Shown in pieces: positions 1-8,771 of a DNA stretch of 31,251 nt (the stretch's first letter is position 1; each line of letters begins with the position of its first letter). The translations under genes were made by a program, and so were the position numbers. This DNA comes from an uncultured Alphaproteobacteria bacterium (GTDB lineage Bacteria > Pseudomonadota > Alphaproteobacteria > UBA8366): NCBI GenBank assembly GCA_964012455.1, contig CAXGSZ010000001.1, forward strand, positions 1 to 31,251, read 5' to 3'. The notes under the pieces are model-generated. The model did no database searches and was not told where the DNA came from. It saw only the letters and a list, made by a program, of their open reading frames with translations.

Positions 1-604
1 CGCGGCGCGCGATAGAGGTCATGGGTCCCATGACGCCGCTTTCAATGCCGAGTGCGACAATTTCCAAAAGATCGCGATCACTGAGCAGCGGCGAGTATTC
101 TCGCACAGGCGCGGAAACAGTAGTCTCTGCATCCATGGCCAAGCGTTTTACGACATTCTTTGGAACGTTGCGGGCATGCTTTATCTCATCCGACACAATA
201 GCGCGAACTTCTGGAATCTGGTCTCGGGCCAGGGTTTCAAGAATATCCAGTGCCATTTTAGAGAGTTTGTCCTGCTGGTCGGCGGAGATGTCCGGCAGGA
301 GGCGGCCCAGCTTGTGCGCGAGTTCCTTCCTGACTTCTTCGTCGGGGTCCTTCGCCAGGATAATGTCGGCCTGCAGCGGGGTGCCGTCATTGTCCGCAAT
401 CTCGCGCCGGACCATTGGGTCCTTGTCGTTGGCGAGATAGTACAGAATTTCGGGTGCTATGTCCTCATGCATGGCGAGATCACGCCTTTCGGCGGCGTCA
501 CCTTTCTCGAGGGTCACCTTCGCCTTATCGTATGCCGGCCGTTTACCTTGCGGTTTTTTCTTCCGTTTCTTGCGACGCCGTTTTCCTAAAACCCAATCAA
601 GCAT
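1..604 (-). CDS. DUF2336-family protein, 5' part (runs off the left edge; absent from the ORF track)
   Basis: Hand translation from ATG at 604: MLDWVLGKRRRKKRKKKPQGKRPAYDKAKVTLEKGDAAERRDLAMHEDIAPEILYYLANDKDPMVRREIADNDGTPLQADIILAKDPDEEVRKELAHKLGRLLPD...VSAPVREYSPLLSDRDLLEIVALG...SIARR. The frame is open to the edge. The repeated helical D-x-x-VR units and the APV-x-E-x-SPLLSD-x-DL motif match my recollection of DUF2336. Confidence 0.75.
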   Translation of the reverse strand, partial: MLDWVLGKRRRKKRKKKPQGKRPAYDKAKVTLEKGDAAERRDLAMHEDIAPEILYYLANDKDPMVRREIADNDGTPLQADIILAKDPDEEVRKELAHKLGRLLPDISADQQDKLSKMALDILETLARDQIPEVRAIVSDEIKHARNVPKNVVKRLAMDAETTVSAPVREYSPLLSDRDLLEIVALGIESGVMGPMTSIARR

Positions 605-621
605 CTTCGTTCTTTGTCCGA

Positions 622-1740
622 TTAGTCGATGGCTGCCATCACCTTACCGATCATACCGTCGGTACTCCTTTGCTTGATCCAGCGGAACACGGCCACGAGA
701 TCGAGCTCGCGGTCCAGCCAAACGAGGTTCTGGCCGGCCCCAAGCGCGAAAAAGCTGCTTTTGGGGGCGCTCGGGAACAATGTCTGTCCAGTGTTGAGCC
801 ACCACATAAAACCATAATTTGGGTTGCAGGGCGACGGTCGACAAATCTCTTCAATCCAATCCTCAGAAATAATTTGTCGGTCTTGCCACCGTCCGCAATT
901 GAGGATTAACGAGCCGACCCGCCCGTGGTCACGGCTACTGATAAATAGGCCGCCGCCCCAGTGGCCGCCGCCGGGAACCGATTGCATGCGCCGGCCGTCA
1001 ATCTCCATCCATGCATTGTCATAGCCAAGCCATTCCCATGTATCGCTAGCGCCGATCGGGTCCATGATGTGTTCTTTGAGAACTTCGGGAAGTGGTTTGC
1101 GAAAGACCTGCATCAGCGATAGAGCGAGCCTGTTTACCCGGACGTCATTATATTCGTAGTATTCTCCCGGGCTTTTAAGATCGCGATGCGTTCCCTTTTT
1201 GGAGTTATCAGCACCGGCGCCAACGAAACGGTTGCGGTCCACCATATCCGGTTTGTCGAATAAGGTTCCTTCCCATTCGCTCGCCTGCTGTAAAAGGTGG
1301 CGCCAGGTTATGTCCTTGTTCTGATCAGAATCGAAACCATCGTCGAGCGCATAGTCCCGTATCGGGTCATCGATGCTCTTGATAAGGCCTTGCTCGACGG
1401 CGACGCCGGTAATTACGCCTAGATAACTTTTGGTGACGCTGAAAGTCATGTCCGACCGCTGCGTATCACCCCATTCTGCGACTAATTTTCCTTGGCGCAG
1501 GATTAAACCATTCGGATCGCCGCGCGGACGTGTCGGCCCGAGGACGACGGCCCATTCTGGCGGTTCGGTATTGCCGAGGACCGACATTAGGCCTTTGGAT
1601 AAATCGCGATCGGCGTCAGATTCTTGGTCTTTGTGAAAGGTGATGGCATCCGTGATTCTTGCGGCGTCCATGCCGACGTCCACTGGGTCGGCGATTTCCC
1701 AATTTCCGCCTGACCAGGAGCCTGATCTTAAATCGTTCAT
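622..1740 (-). CDS. Serine hydrolase, beta-lactamase class C/AmpC-like family (substrate unknown)
   Basis: 372 aa; SxxK motif (FSVTKS), YxN motif (YEYND), WLNTG...FFALGAG C-terminal segment; SD GAGG before the ATG at 1740; no obvious signal peptide. Confidence 0.85.
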   Translation of the reverse strand: MNDLRSGSWSGGNWEIADPVDVGMDAARITDAITFHKDQESDADRDLSKGLMSVLGNTEPPEWAVVLGPTRPRGDPNGLILRQGKLVAEWGDTQRSDMTFSVTKSYLGVITGVAVEQGLIKSIDDPIRDYALDDGFDSDQNKDITWRHLLQQASEWEGTLFDKPDMVDRNRFVGAGADNSKKGTHRDLKSPGEYYEYNDVRVNRLALSLMQVFRKPLPEVLKEHIMDPIGASDTWEWLGYDNAWMEIDGRRMQSVPGGGHWGGGLFISSRDHGRVGSLILNCGRWQDRQIISEDWIEEICRPSPCNPNYGFMWWLNTGQTLFPSAPKSSFFALGAGQNLVWLDRELDLVAVFRWIKQRSTDGMIGKVMAAID

Positions 1741-1811
1741 GAATTGCCTCTCGCTATGGATTTTAAGTATTTTAGTGCGGCAATACGTCCTAGGCTAATT
1801 TCGTTAAGAAT

Positions 1812-1836
1812 CAAGGCAACCGGTCGAGATGCCTTG
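1812..1836. promoter_or_regulatory. Inverted repeat CAAGGCA-N11-TGCCTTG, candidate regulator site in the divergent hydrolase/aapJ promoter region
   Basis: Perfect 7-bp arms at 1812-1818 and 1830-1836; cognate factor unknown. Confidence 0.3.
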
Positions 1837-1949
1837 TTAGCAAAATAAACCACATGTTATCGTTTTTTGGCGAGCAAGCGATACCAATGGCGACTTTGCT
1901 CCAAAAATACCGTTCGATAGGAACGAGAGGAATAGACAGGGAGTTTCAA

Positions 1950-2975
1950 ATGAAACGATTTATGCTTTCCGCGCTTGGCGCGGCCACGGCTGTAGCGGTA
2001 ACGGCGAGCGCTGCTGTTGCGGCAAGCTCAACGATGGAAACCGTTAAAAAACGCGGGCAGATTATTTGCGGTGTGAACACCGGTCTCGCGGGTTTCTCGG
2101 CACCAGATGACAAAGGCGTTTGGAAAGGTTTTGATGTCGATTACTGCAGAGCGATGAGTGCCGCCGTTCTGGGGAATCCAGACAAAGTCACCTACAAGCC
2201 GTTGACCGGTAAAACCCGGTTCCCCGCGCTGCAATCTGGGGAAATCGACATTCTTTCTCGGAACACGACCTGGACCTTTAAGCGTGACGTCAATCTTGGT
2301 TTCGAGTTCGTGGGTGTCACCTATTATGACGGGCAAGGCTTTATTGCGCGTAAGGACCTTGGTGTTAAGAGTGCGAAAGAACTGAACAATGCGTCCGTTT
2401 GCATTCAAACGGGTACGACTACTGAGTTGAACCTCGCCGACTTCTTCCGCACTAACAAGATGAAGTTCAAATCGGTTGTTGTCGAAGACGCAACGGAAGC
2501 ACGCCAAGCCTATGCAGCCAATCGCTGCGACGTCTATACAACGGACCGTTCCGGCCTTGCCGCCCAACGTTCTGTCCTGAAAGACCCAGACGCACACGTT
2601 ATTCTTCCGGAGATCGTCTCGAAAGAGCCGCTCGGCCCGGTCGTCCGTCACGGCGATAACGTCTGGGGCGATATCGCGCGCTGGGTTCGCAACGCATTGG
2701 TTGTTGCCGAAGAATTGGGTGTCACGCAAGCCAATGTTGACCAAATGAAAAGTTCCGAAAATCCGGAGATCAAACGTCTCCTGGGTACGGAAGGCGACTT
2801 CGGAAGCATGCTCGGCCTCTCAAAGGATTGGGCTTATAACGTTATTAAAGCGGTCGGCAATTATGGCGAAATTTATGAACGTCATATTGGCCCGAAGACC
2901 GCGATTGGTCTCGACCGTGGCGTCAACAACCTTTGGACCAACGGAGGCATCATTTACGCTGCGCCGTTCCGTTGA
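1950..2975 (+). CDS. aapJ: General L-amino-acid ABC transporter, periplasmic binding protein (AapJ/BztA)
   Basis: Start moved to ATG 1950 (SD GGGAG), giving 341 aa with a signal peptide (MKRFMLSALGAATAVAVTASAAVA). Motifs CGVNTGLAGFS, GFDVDYCRA, LSRNTTWT, SKEPLGP, VGNYGEI and NLWTNGG; first gene of the QMP operon. Confidence 0.93.
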   Translation: MKRFMLSALGAATAVAVTASAAVAASSTMETVKKRGQIICGVNTGLAGFSAPDDKGVWKGFDVDYCRAMSAAVLGNPDKVTYKPLTGKTRFPALQSGEIDILSRNTTWTFKRDVNLGFEFVGVTYYDGQGFIARKDLGVKSAKELNNASVCIQTGTTTELNLADFFRTNKMKFKSVVVEDATEARQAYAANRCDVYTTDRSGLAAQRSVLKDPDAHVILPEIVSKEPLGPVVRHGDNVWGDIARWVRNALVVAEELGVTQANVDQMKSSENPEIKRLLGTEGDFGSMLGLSKDWAYNVIKAVGNYGEIYERHIGPKTAIGLDRGVNNLWTNGGIIYAAPFR

Positions 2976-3009
2976 TCTGCTAGCAGGTATAGATCTGCCA
3001 GTAGGTAGA
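2974..3009 (+). repeat. Imperfect 18-bp tandem duplication just after the aapJ stop
   Basis: GATCTGCTAGCAGGTATA (2974-2991) followed by GATCTGCCAGTAGGTAGA (2992-3009), 15 of 18 positions identical. Confidence 0.6.
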
Positions 3010-3023
3010 TAACTGTATCAAAT

Positions 3024-3068
3024 ACACGCCCGGCCTGTCCTATTATTACGGGCCGGGCGCTGTGTTTT
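3024..3068 (+). terminator. GC-rich stem-loop between aapJ and aapQ (partial terminator or mRNA-stabilising hairpin)
   Basis: CGCCCGGCCTG (3027-3037) pairs with CGGGCCGGGCG (3049-3059) with one G-U pair, followed by CTGTGTTTT. Confidence 0.65.
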
Positions 3069-3117
3069 AGGTAAAAATAAAATACGGCACTGCGAATACT
3101 AATGCAGGGGAACCGGT

Positions 3118-4326
3118 ATGGCGGTGGGTGCGAAGGACGGGGGTACGCCTTCGAGTGGCGGCGCTCGTTGGTGGTACGATCCTAAAGTTCGGGCGATCGT
3201 CTTTCAGGTCGCTTTTGTTGTCGCTCTGGTCGCATTCATTGCCTTCATCGTCAACAATACGGTTGTAAATCTAGAGAAGCGCGATATTCGCGCTGGGTTC
3301 GGTTTTTTGTCCGAACCCGCGGGTTTCGAAATTCCGATTACTGGAGTGGTCGATTATTCTGTCGACAAGGGGTCGACACACGGGGTGGTGTTCCTAATCG
3401 GCCTGCAGAACACATTTTTGATTTCTGCGATGGGGATCGTTTTAGCGACGATTCTCGGCTTTGTCTTAGGTGTTTTACGCTTATCGAATAACTGGATCGT
3501 CACACGCCTGGTAGGTTCCTACATTGAAATCGTGCGGAATATTCCGCTACCGCTGCAGTTCATCTTTTGGCAAACCGCCGTCTTCATCATCTATCTGCCG
3601 AAGGTGCGCGATCCGATTTCGATATTCGACACGATCTATATTCATAATCGCGGGCTTACCGGTCCGAAGCCAATTGGCGAGGCAGGCTTGGACTTGGTGT
3701 TTTATGCGATCTTCGTCGCGATCGGCGTTGTTATGTGGTTGCGTAAATGGGCGCGCCGTAGGCAAGACGAAACCGGGGAGCAGTTTCCTGTCTTGTGGAC
3801 GTCGCTTGGGTTGCTTATAGGCCTTCCACTATTTGTCGCGTCGATCCTCGGGTTTCCGCTTTCTTGGGAATACGCGGAGCTGGGCCGTTTCCGCTTCACC
3901 GGCGGTATGGGTATTCCGATCGAGCTCTTCTCCGCTCTTACGGCTCTTACTATCTATACGTCTGCCTTTATCGCAGAGATCGTTCGTGCGGGCATTCTCT
4001 CGGTCTCTCGCGGACAGACAGAAGCGTCGCATGCTCTGGGAATTAGGCACGGTCCAACCTTGCGGCTCGTTATTATACCGCAGGCCCTCCGAGTAATAAT
4101 CCCGCCGCTGATCAGTCAGTACCTTAATCTTACGAAAAACTCTTCGTTGGGCATTCTGATTGGGTACTCCGATCTTTTTAATGTGTTTGGTGGTATATCC
4201 CTTAATCAAACTGGGCAAGCCATAGAAATCATTTTTATGTCGATGTCTGTATACCTTTGTTTCAGTCTACTGATTTCCTTGTACATGAATTGGTATAATC
4301 GGCGCATTGCGTTGACGGATCGATGA
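3118..4326 (+). CDS. aapQ: General L-amino-acid ABC transporter permease (AapQ/BztB)
   Basis: 402 aa, multiple TM helices; YIEIVRNIPL, EAA loop AEIVRAGILSVSRGQTEA, NLTKNSSL. Confidence 0.92.
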   Translation: MAVGAKDGGTPSSGGARWWYDPKVRAIVFQVAFVVALVAFIAFIVNNTVVNLEKRDIRAGFGFLSEPAGFEIPITGVVDYSVDKGSTHGVVFLIGLQNTFLISAMGIVLATILGFVLGVLRLSNNWIVTRLVGSYIEIVRNIPLPLQFIFWQTAVFIIYLPKVRDPISIFDTIYIHNRGLTGPKPIGEAGLDLVFYAIFVAIGVVMWLRKWARRRQDETGEQFPVLWTSLGLLIGLPLFVASILGFPLSWEYAELGRFRFTGGMGIPIELFSALTALTIYTSAFIAEIVRAGILSVSRGQTEASHALGIRHGPTLRLVIIPQALRVIIPPLISQYLNLTKNSSLGILIGYSDLFNVFGGISLNQTGQAIEIIFMSMSVYLCFSLLISLYMNWYNRRIALTDR

Positions 4327-5453
4327 GTGATGTAATGAACACGCATAACCGCCCATTCGTGCGAACCGAGCATCTGCCGCAATCGCCGCCACCAGTCTCG
4401 ACGTCGGGCATAATCGGTTGGGTGCGTGAGAATCTTTTCTCGTCGCCGCTCAACGCAGTTTTGACGATTTCGTCGATTTATTTCCTCTATTTAGTGATCC
4501 CGCCATTTGTCCAATGGGCATTTATAGATGCGGCTTGGTCGGGCAGTTCAAACAAGGACTGCGCGGGATATGGCGGTGCCTGTTGGGCTGTTGTAACTGC
4601 GCGATTCGGGCAGTTTGTGTACGGCTTTTACCCTGAGGCCGAACGTTGGCGGCCCAATCTCGTCCTCGTCCTGTTTGCGATTAATCTGTTGCCGATCCTG
4701 TGGGATCGCGTTCCTGGCCGGACCGTAGCCGCTCTCTTCCTGGTCACAGGTTTCCCGCTGGTTGCACTTTTCTTCATCCATGGTGGTCTCGGTTTGGAGG
4801 TTGTCCCGACACCGAAATGGGGCGGCTTTATGCTGAATCTGATCATGGCAGCGGTTGCGATTATCTATTCCTTGCCGCTTGGAATATTGCTGGCTCTAGG
4901 CCGGCGATCCGAGTTTCCAATCATCAGCCGGTTTTGTGTACTATTCATTGAGTTTTGGCGCGGCGTGCCGCTCATTACCGTCTTGGTGATGGCTTCCTTC
5001 ATTTTGCCGTTCTTCATGCCGGACGGTTTTAATTTCAACGAATTGCTAAGGGCATTAGTCGGCTTAACACTATTCTCGTCTGCTTATATGGCAGAAGTGG
5101 TTCGCGGGGGGTTGCAAGCCTTGCCGAAGGGCCAGACCGAAGCGGCACGGGCGATAGGTTTGACCTATTGGCAGTCGATCCGCCTCATAATTATGCCGCA
5201 GGCTCTTAAAATAACGATACCTGCCATCGTGAATACCTTTATCGGGCTGTTCAAGGACACGTCCCTGGTCATCGTTATCGGCTTGTTCGACCTTCTGCAG
5301 GTCGCGAAGTCGTCGGTCACTGATACCAATTGGCTTGGTCTTGAGCACGAGACCTATATTTTCGTGGCGCTTGTGTTTTTTGTCGCTTGCTTCGCGATGT
5401 CTCTCTACAGCCTTTATTTAGAACGAAAACTTGATACCGATCATAGAGATTGA
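4323..5453 (+). CDS. aapM: General L-amino-acid ABC transporter permease (AapM/BztC)
   Basis: 376 aa; ATGA overlap with aapQ; [40 protein letters not shown]. Confidence 0.92.
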   Translation: MSDVMNTHNRPFVRTEHLPQSPPPVSTSGIIGWVRENLFSSPLNAVLTISSIYFLYLVIPPFVQWAFIDAAWSGSSNKDCAGYGGACWAVVTARFGQFVYGFYPEAERWRPNLVLVLFAINLLPILWDRVPGRTVAALFLVTGFPLVALFFIHGGLGLEVVPTPKWGGFMLNLIMAAVAIIYSLPLGILLALGRRSEFPIISRFCVLFIEFWRGVPLITVLVMASFILPFFMPDGFNFNELLRALVGLTLFSSAYMAEVVRGGLQALPKGQTEAARAIGLTYWQSIRLIIMPQALKITIPAIVNTFIGLFKDTSLVIVIGLFDLLQVAKSSVTDTNWLGLEHETYIFVALVFFVACFAMSLYSLYLERKLDTDHRD

Positions 5454-5466
5454 GCGGGGACGTATC

Positions 5467-6249
5467 ATGAGTGAATCCATCAGGGAAAAACAATTCAAAG
5501 ACACCTTGGGGCTCTCGGGTGAACCTGTTATCCAGATTAGCGGCATGAACAAGTGGTTCGGGCAATTCCATGTGCTTCGTGATATCGACCTAACGGTCTG
5601 TCGCGGCGAGCGAATTGTAATTTGTGGGCCTTCCGGTTCTGGGAAGTCGACACTTATCCGTTGCATCAATCGCCTAGAAGAGCATCAACAAGGTACCATC
5701 GTTGTCGATGATATTGAGCTAACTGACGACCTAAAACAGATCGATAATGTACGCCGTGAAGTCGGAATGGTTTTCCAGCATTTCAACCTCTTTCCCCATT
5801 TGACGATCTTGGAGAACTGCACCTTGGCCCCAATTTGGGTGCGCAAGACGCCGAAGGCGGAGGCTGAGGAAATCGCGATGGAATACCTGACCCGCGTGAA
5901 AATTCCAGAGCAGGCCGACAAATATCCGGGACAGCTCTCAGGCGGACAACAGCAGCGCGTCGCGATCGCGCGCTCACTCTGCATGCGGCCGAAAATTATG
6001 CTGTTCGACGAACCGACATCTGCGCTTGATCCGGAAATGATCAAAGAAGTACTTGATGTGATGGTCGATCTTGCCGACACGGGTATGACGATGTTGGTGG
6101 TGACGCACGAGATGGGCTTTGCGCGTCAGGTCGCGCACCAGGTCATTTTTATGGATGATGGTCAGATCGTGGAGCAGAACGAGCCGGAACCGTTCTTTAA
6201 TAATCCGCAATCTGATCGCACGAAATTCTTCCTGAGCCAAATCCTTTAG
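5467..6249 (+). CDS. aapP: General L-amino-acid ABC transporter ATPase (AapP/BztD)
   Basis: Start moved to ATG 5467 (260 aa); Walker A GPSGSGKS, signature LSGGQQQ, Walker [15 protein letters not shown]-loop VTHEMGF. Confidence 0.93.
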   Translation: MSESIREKQFKDTLGLSGEPVIQISGMNKWFGQFHVLRDIDLTVCRGERIVICGPSGSGKSTLIRCINRLEEHQQGTIVVDDIELTDDLKQIDNVRREVGMVFQHFNLFPHLTILENCTLAPIWVRKTPKAEAEEIAMEYLTRVKIPEQADKYPGQLSGGQQQRVAIARSLCMRPKIMLFDEPTSALDPEMIKEVLDVMVDLADTGMTMLVVTHEMGFARQVAHQVIFMDDGQIVEQNEPEPFFNNPQSDRTKFFLSQIL

Positions 6250-6634
6250 CACTAGTTAGAGTGCGTTTTCCGGTCCTTTCGCAACGGTCTTCACAATAAT
6301 TACAGCAAATATATCTATGTTACGCATGATGTCCGGGCTTTGCTCGGTGCTTCTCGATGGCAACCTGGTCCCGTCATAGATTCTGTGATGATAGCGGTTC
6401 CGGCAGAGCTTCCACCGGGCAACGATATATCCATTCGAAAGTAATCGTCCTTGGCGAGCGTATCTCCTGAATTGTGGCGTTACAAACCGAGGAACGCTGG
6501 AAGACGGTTGGGTTCGATTCTGTGTTCGATTATGATGGTTTATCAGGACCCGGCGCATCTATGCCCTATATCGCGGTTTTGTGAGATGAGAGATTAGCTA
6601 GCGAAACTCATCGTAAGACATGAAGGCGGTTTAG

Positions 6635-7645
6635 ATGAAGATTACGATATTTGGCGTTGGCGCGGTTGCAGGTTTCGTTGCAGGACGTTTGGCCCGCAGC
6701 GGACATGAGCCAGTATTGATCGCACGTGGTGAGCGCCTCGCCGCTTATCGCGAAAATGGGCTCTACCTGATTGACCTAGATTGCGAAACGCAGCATAAGC
6801 TGCCGGTAACCAATGATACGGAATCGCTCGGCGTACAGGACTTGGTGCTGATCGGCTTAAAGGCTCATGCCATTCCGGGTGCTGTTGCCCAGATCAAACC
6901 GCTGATCGGCCCGCGGACCGTCGTCGTACCGATGATTAACGGTATTCCGTTTTGGTATTTTCACGGCATTAATGGAGACTGGCCGAAACAACACCTTGAT
7001 GCCGTAGATCCTGGCGGCAAGGCGTGGTCGGGAATAGGGATCGAAAACGTGTTAGGATGTGTCGTATATACCATGAACACATCGCCGGAACCGGGCACCA
7101 TACAGAATCACGGCCAAGAGGCAAAATTAGTGCTTGGGGAGCCATCAGGGGAGAACTCCGTGCGTGTGCGGGAGGTTTCGGCATTGCTCACCGAGGCAAC
7201 GTTCGACGCACCAGTCTCGTCGAATATTCGGCATGATTTATGGATAAAACTATGGGGCAACCTCGGTGGCAACACGATTAGTGCGATCGCCGAAGGTACA
7301 TGTGCCGATCTTGGTGCTGACCCCGGCATTTGCGCAACAATGGGGCAAATGATGCGGGAATCCGTTGCGGTCGCTGCAGCTTATGGCGTCGAGTTGGCGT
7401 CGCGTGATAAGGAACTTGAAGAAGGTATTGAACGACGGATCGAGTACTTCAGAAATCTCGGTTATGTGCCGACATCCATGCTGCAGGATTTCCAGTCGGG
7501 GCGGACGCTGGAGCTTGACCCAATCGCAGGTGCGGTTCGCGAAATGGGGGCGATGGCAGGTGTTCCCACACCGACGATCGATACGGTCTACGCCTTGGCG
7601 CGCAAGAAGGCCGAGATTAAGGGCTTGTACCAACCACTGGTGTGA
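6635..7645 (+). CDS. Ketopantoate reductase (PanE/ApbA)-family oxidoreductase
   Basis: 336 aa; Rossmann start MKITIFGVGAVAG, NGIPFWYF, catalytic-Lys region WIKLWGN, TSMLQD...LELD. Family is clear; true panE activity is uncertain. Confidence 0.8.
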   Translation: MKITIFGVGAVAGFVAGRLARSGHEPVLIARGERLAAYRENGLYLIDLDCETQHKLPVTNDTESLGVQDLVLIGLKAHAIPGAVAQIKPLIGPRTVVVPMINGIPFWYFHGINGDWPKQHLDAVDPGGKAWSGIGIENVLGCVVYTMNTSPEPGTIQNHGQEAKLVLGEPSGENSVRVREVSALLTEATFDAPVSSNIRHDLWIKLWGNLGGNTISAIAEGTCADLGADPGICATMGQMMRESVAVAAAYGVELASRDKELEEGIERRIEYFRNLGYVPTSMLQDFQSGRTLELDPIAGAVREMGAMAGVPTPTIDTVYALARKKAEIKGLYQPLV

Positions 7646-7686
7646 ATGTCGTAGGCTTTCCGCCCATGAGCGGTATATCGCTGACA

Positions 7687-7941
7687 TACCGCACTCGCAA
7701 TCCCAGGGCAGATTTACTCAGAGAGAATGTGTGCGACCTCAAGACAGGGTCAAACCGCATTGCATTCGCCGAAGTTATGGACCGCGATGTGCTAGATGCG
7801 CTTTCGGATCAATCCCCAGACCGGCACTTGGGCAACAATGTTGAATTCTACACCGCGCTGGTGATGGACGGCATCGTTTTACCGCGCGATTTGTTTCCAC
7901 CGAAGTTCGCGATGGTGCGGGTGATCGGCTGGTGCGGCCAT
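7687..7941 (+). pseudogene. Remnant of a citrate/2-methylcitrate synthase-family gene (C-terminal part only)
   Basis: Frame of ORF 7642..7986: YRTRNPRADLL...NRIAFAE...PDRHLGNNVEFYTALVMDG...PRDLF...FAMVRVIGWCGH. This parallels the family pattern (GFGHR)xYRxRDPRA...RLAFAE...NVEFYTALL...F...FA.GR..GW.AH. The GFGH catalytic-His segment, the N-terminal part and the normal C-terminal tail are absent. Confidence 0.75.
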
Positions 7942-7996
7942 AATCGCGGTATGTCGGTGCACTGCCTGACGGCGCTACCGAACTAAGAATGGCCGG

Positions 7997-8752
7997 TTAA
8001 GGCAAAATTTCGTCGAGTGCGGCGAGAGCGTTCAGCGCCGGTGGAAAACCGCCATAAGGTGCCGTCTGCATCACCGCCTCGACGACCTCCTCTTTACTCA
8101 ATCCGATATTGAGCGCGGATTGCGCAAACTTACGGACCTGACTGTCGAGTCGAAGTACGGTAAAGGACGCGACTGCACAGAGCATTCGTTGGCGGGTATC
8201 TAAGCCGGCGCGATGCCACAGCCACCCGTAGCCGTACTGAATGGCCATGGTGTATAGGCCGCCGGTGGTCTCGTTCTCCGGGTTCGCATATCCCTGCGTC
8301 CCGCGTTCTCCATGTAGTTTCGCCATCATTTCGTGGCCCATCTCTGAGAACGCTTCCAGGGTCTCGTCGCCGTCCTGCTCGGTTTCGACGTTGGCGCCTT
8401 CCTCCGCAAAAACTTCATGGGCAATGCTCATCGCGTTCTCAGCCGTTGGGAAGCCGCCATAGAGGCCGCATTGGACGAAGATTTCGAGGATCGTTCGCGC
8501 AGATAGGCCGACCTTCAGCGCGCCTCTTACATGCCTTCGAAGTTGCGGTGCGTTCTGTTGTAGCATGAGTGCCGACAGGACGCAGAGGTAACGATCTTCA
8601 AGCGGCAAGGCGTCTCTCGCCCAGATGCCGCCGTAGAGCGCTTCCGAGACCATTCTTTGATATCCCGGCGCGGTGTCGGCGTCATTCCCCATCGCGTGGA
8701 TCTTCTTGCGGATCTCGTCGCCTCGGTTCCGTAGTTCTTCGCGTGTGGTCAT
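7997..8752 (-). CDS. Two-domain carboxymuconolactone decarboxylase (CMD/PcaC-like) family protein
   Basis: Start moved to ATG 8752 (SD GGAGGAG), 251 aa. Two repeats: YGGIWARDAL...H..GAL..GL....I.E...Q..LYGGFP and YGWLWHRAGL...SALNIGL..EEVVE..Q.APYGGFP.ALNA. No AhpD CxxC motif. Confidence 0.85.
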   Translation of the reverse strand: MTTREELRNRGDEIRKKIHAMGNDADTAPGYQRMVSEALYGGIWARDALPLEDRYLCVLSALMLQQNAPQLRRHVRGALKVGLSARTILEIFVQCGLYGGFPTAENAMSIAHEVFAEEGANVETEQDGDETLEAFSEMGHEMMAKLHGERGTQGYANPENETTGGLYTMAIQYGYGWLWHRAGLDTRQRMLCAVASFTVLRLDSQVRKFAQSALNIGLSKEEVVEAVMQTAPYGGFPPALNALAALDEILP

Positions 8753-8771
8753 GCGCTCCTCCGTTTGTGTG

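Noticed and set aside
21-909. Plus-strand ORFs 21..440, 176..589 and 415..909
   Set aside because: Antisense shadows of the DUF2336 and serine hydrolase genes; no motifs of their own.
1868-1900. TGGC...GC sequences upstream of aapJ as possible sigma54 promoters
   Set aside because: GG-to-GC spacing is 7 nt, not the required 10.
2028-2744. Long antisense ORFs such as 2028..2744, 16335..16889 and 8673..9173
   Set aside because: They lie opposite well-supported genes and have no recognisable motifs; such shadow frames are expected in GC-rich coding DNA.
6505-6531. GGTTCGATTC resembling a tRNA T-loop, and GTTC...GTTC resembling a LexA box
   Set aside because: The flanks do not form a T-stem or cloverleaf. 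The GTTC spacing is 8 nt, not the 7 nt of the alphaproteobacterial LexA box.
6256-6558. 100-aa minus-strand ORF in the aapP-panE gap
   Set aside because: No convincing SD, no recognisable motif, and composition unlike neighbouring proteins; cannot be supported without homology data.
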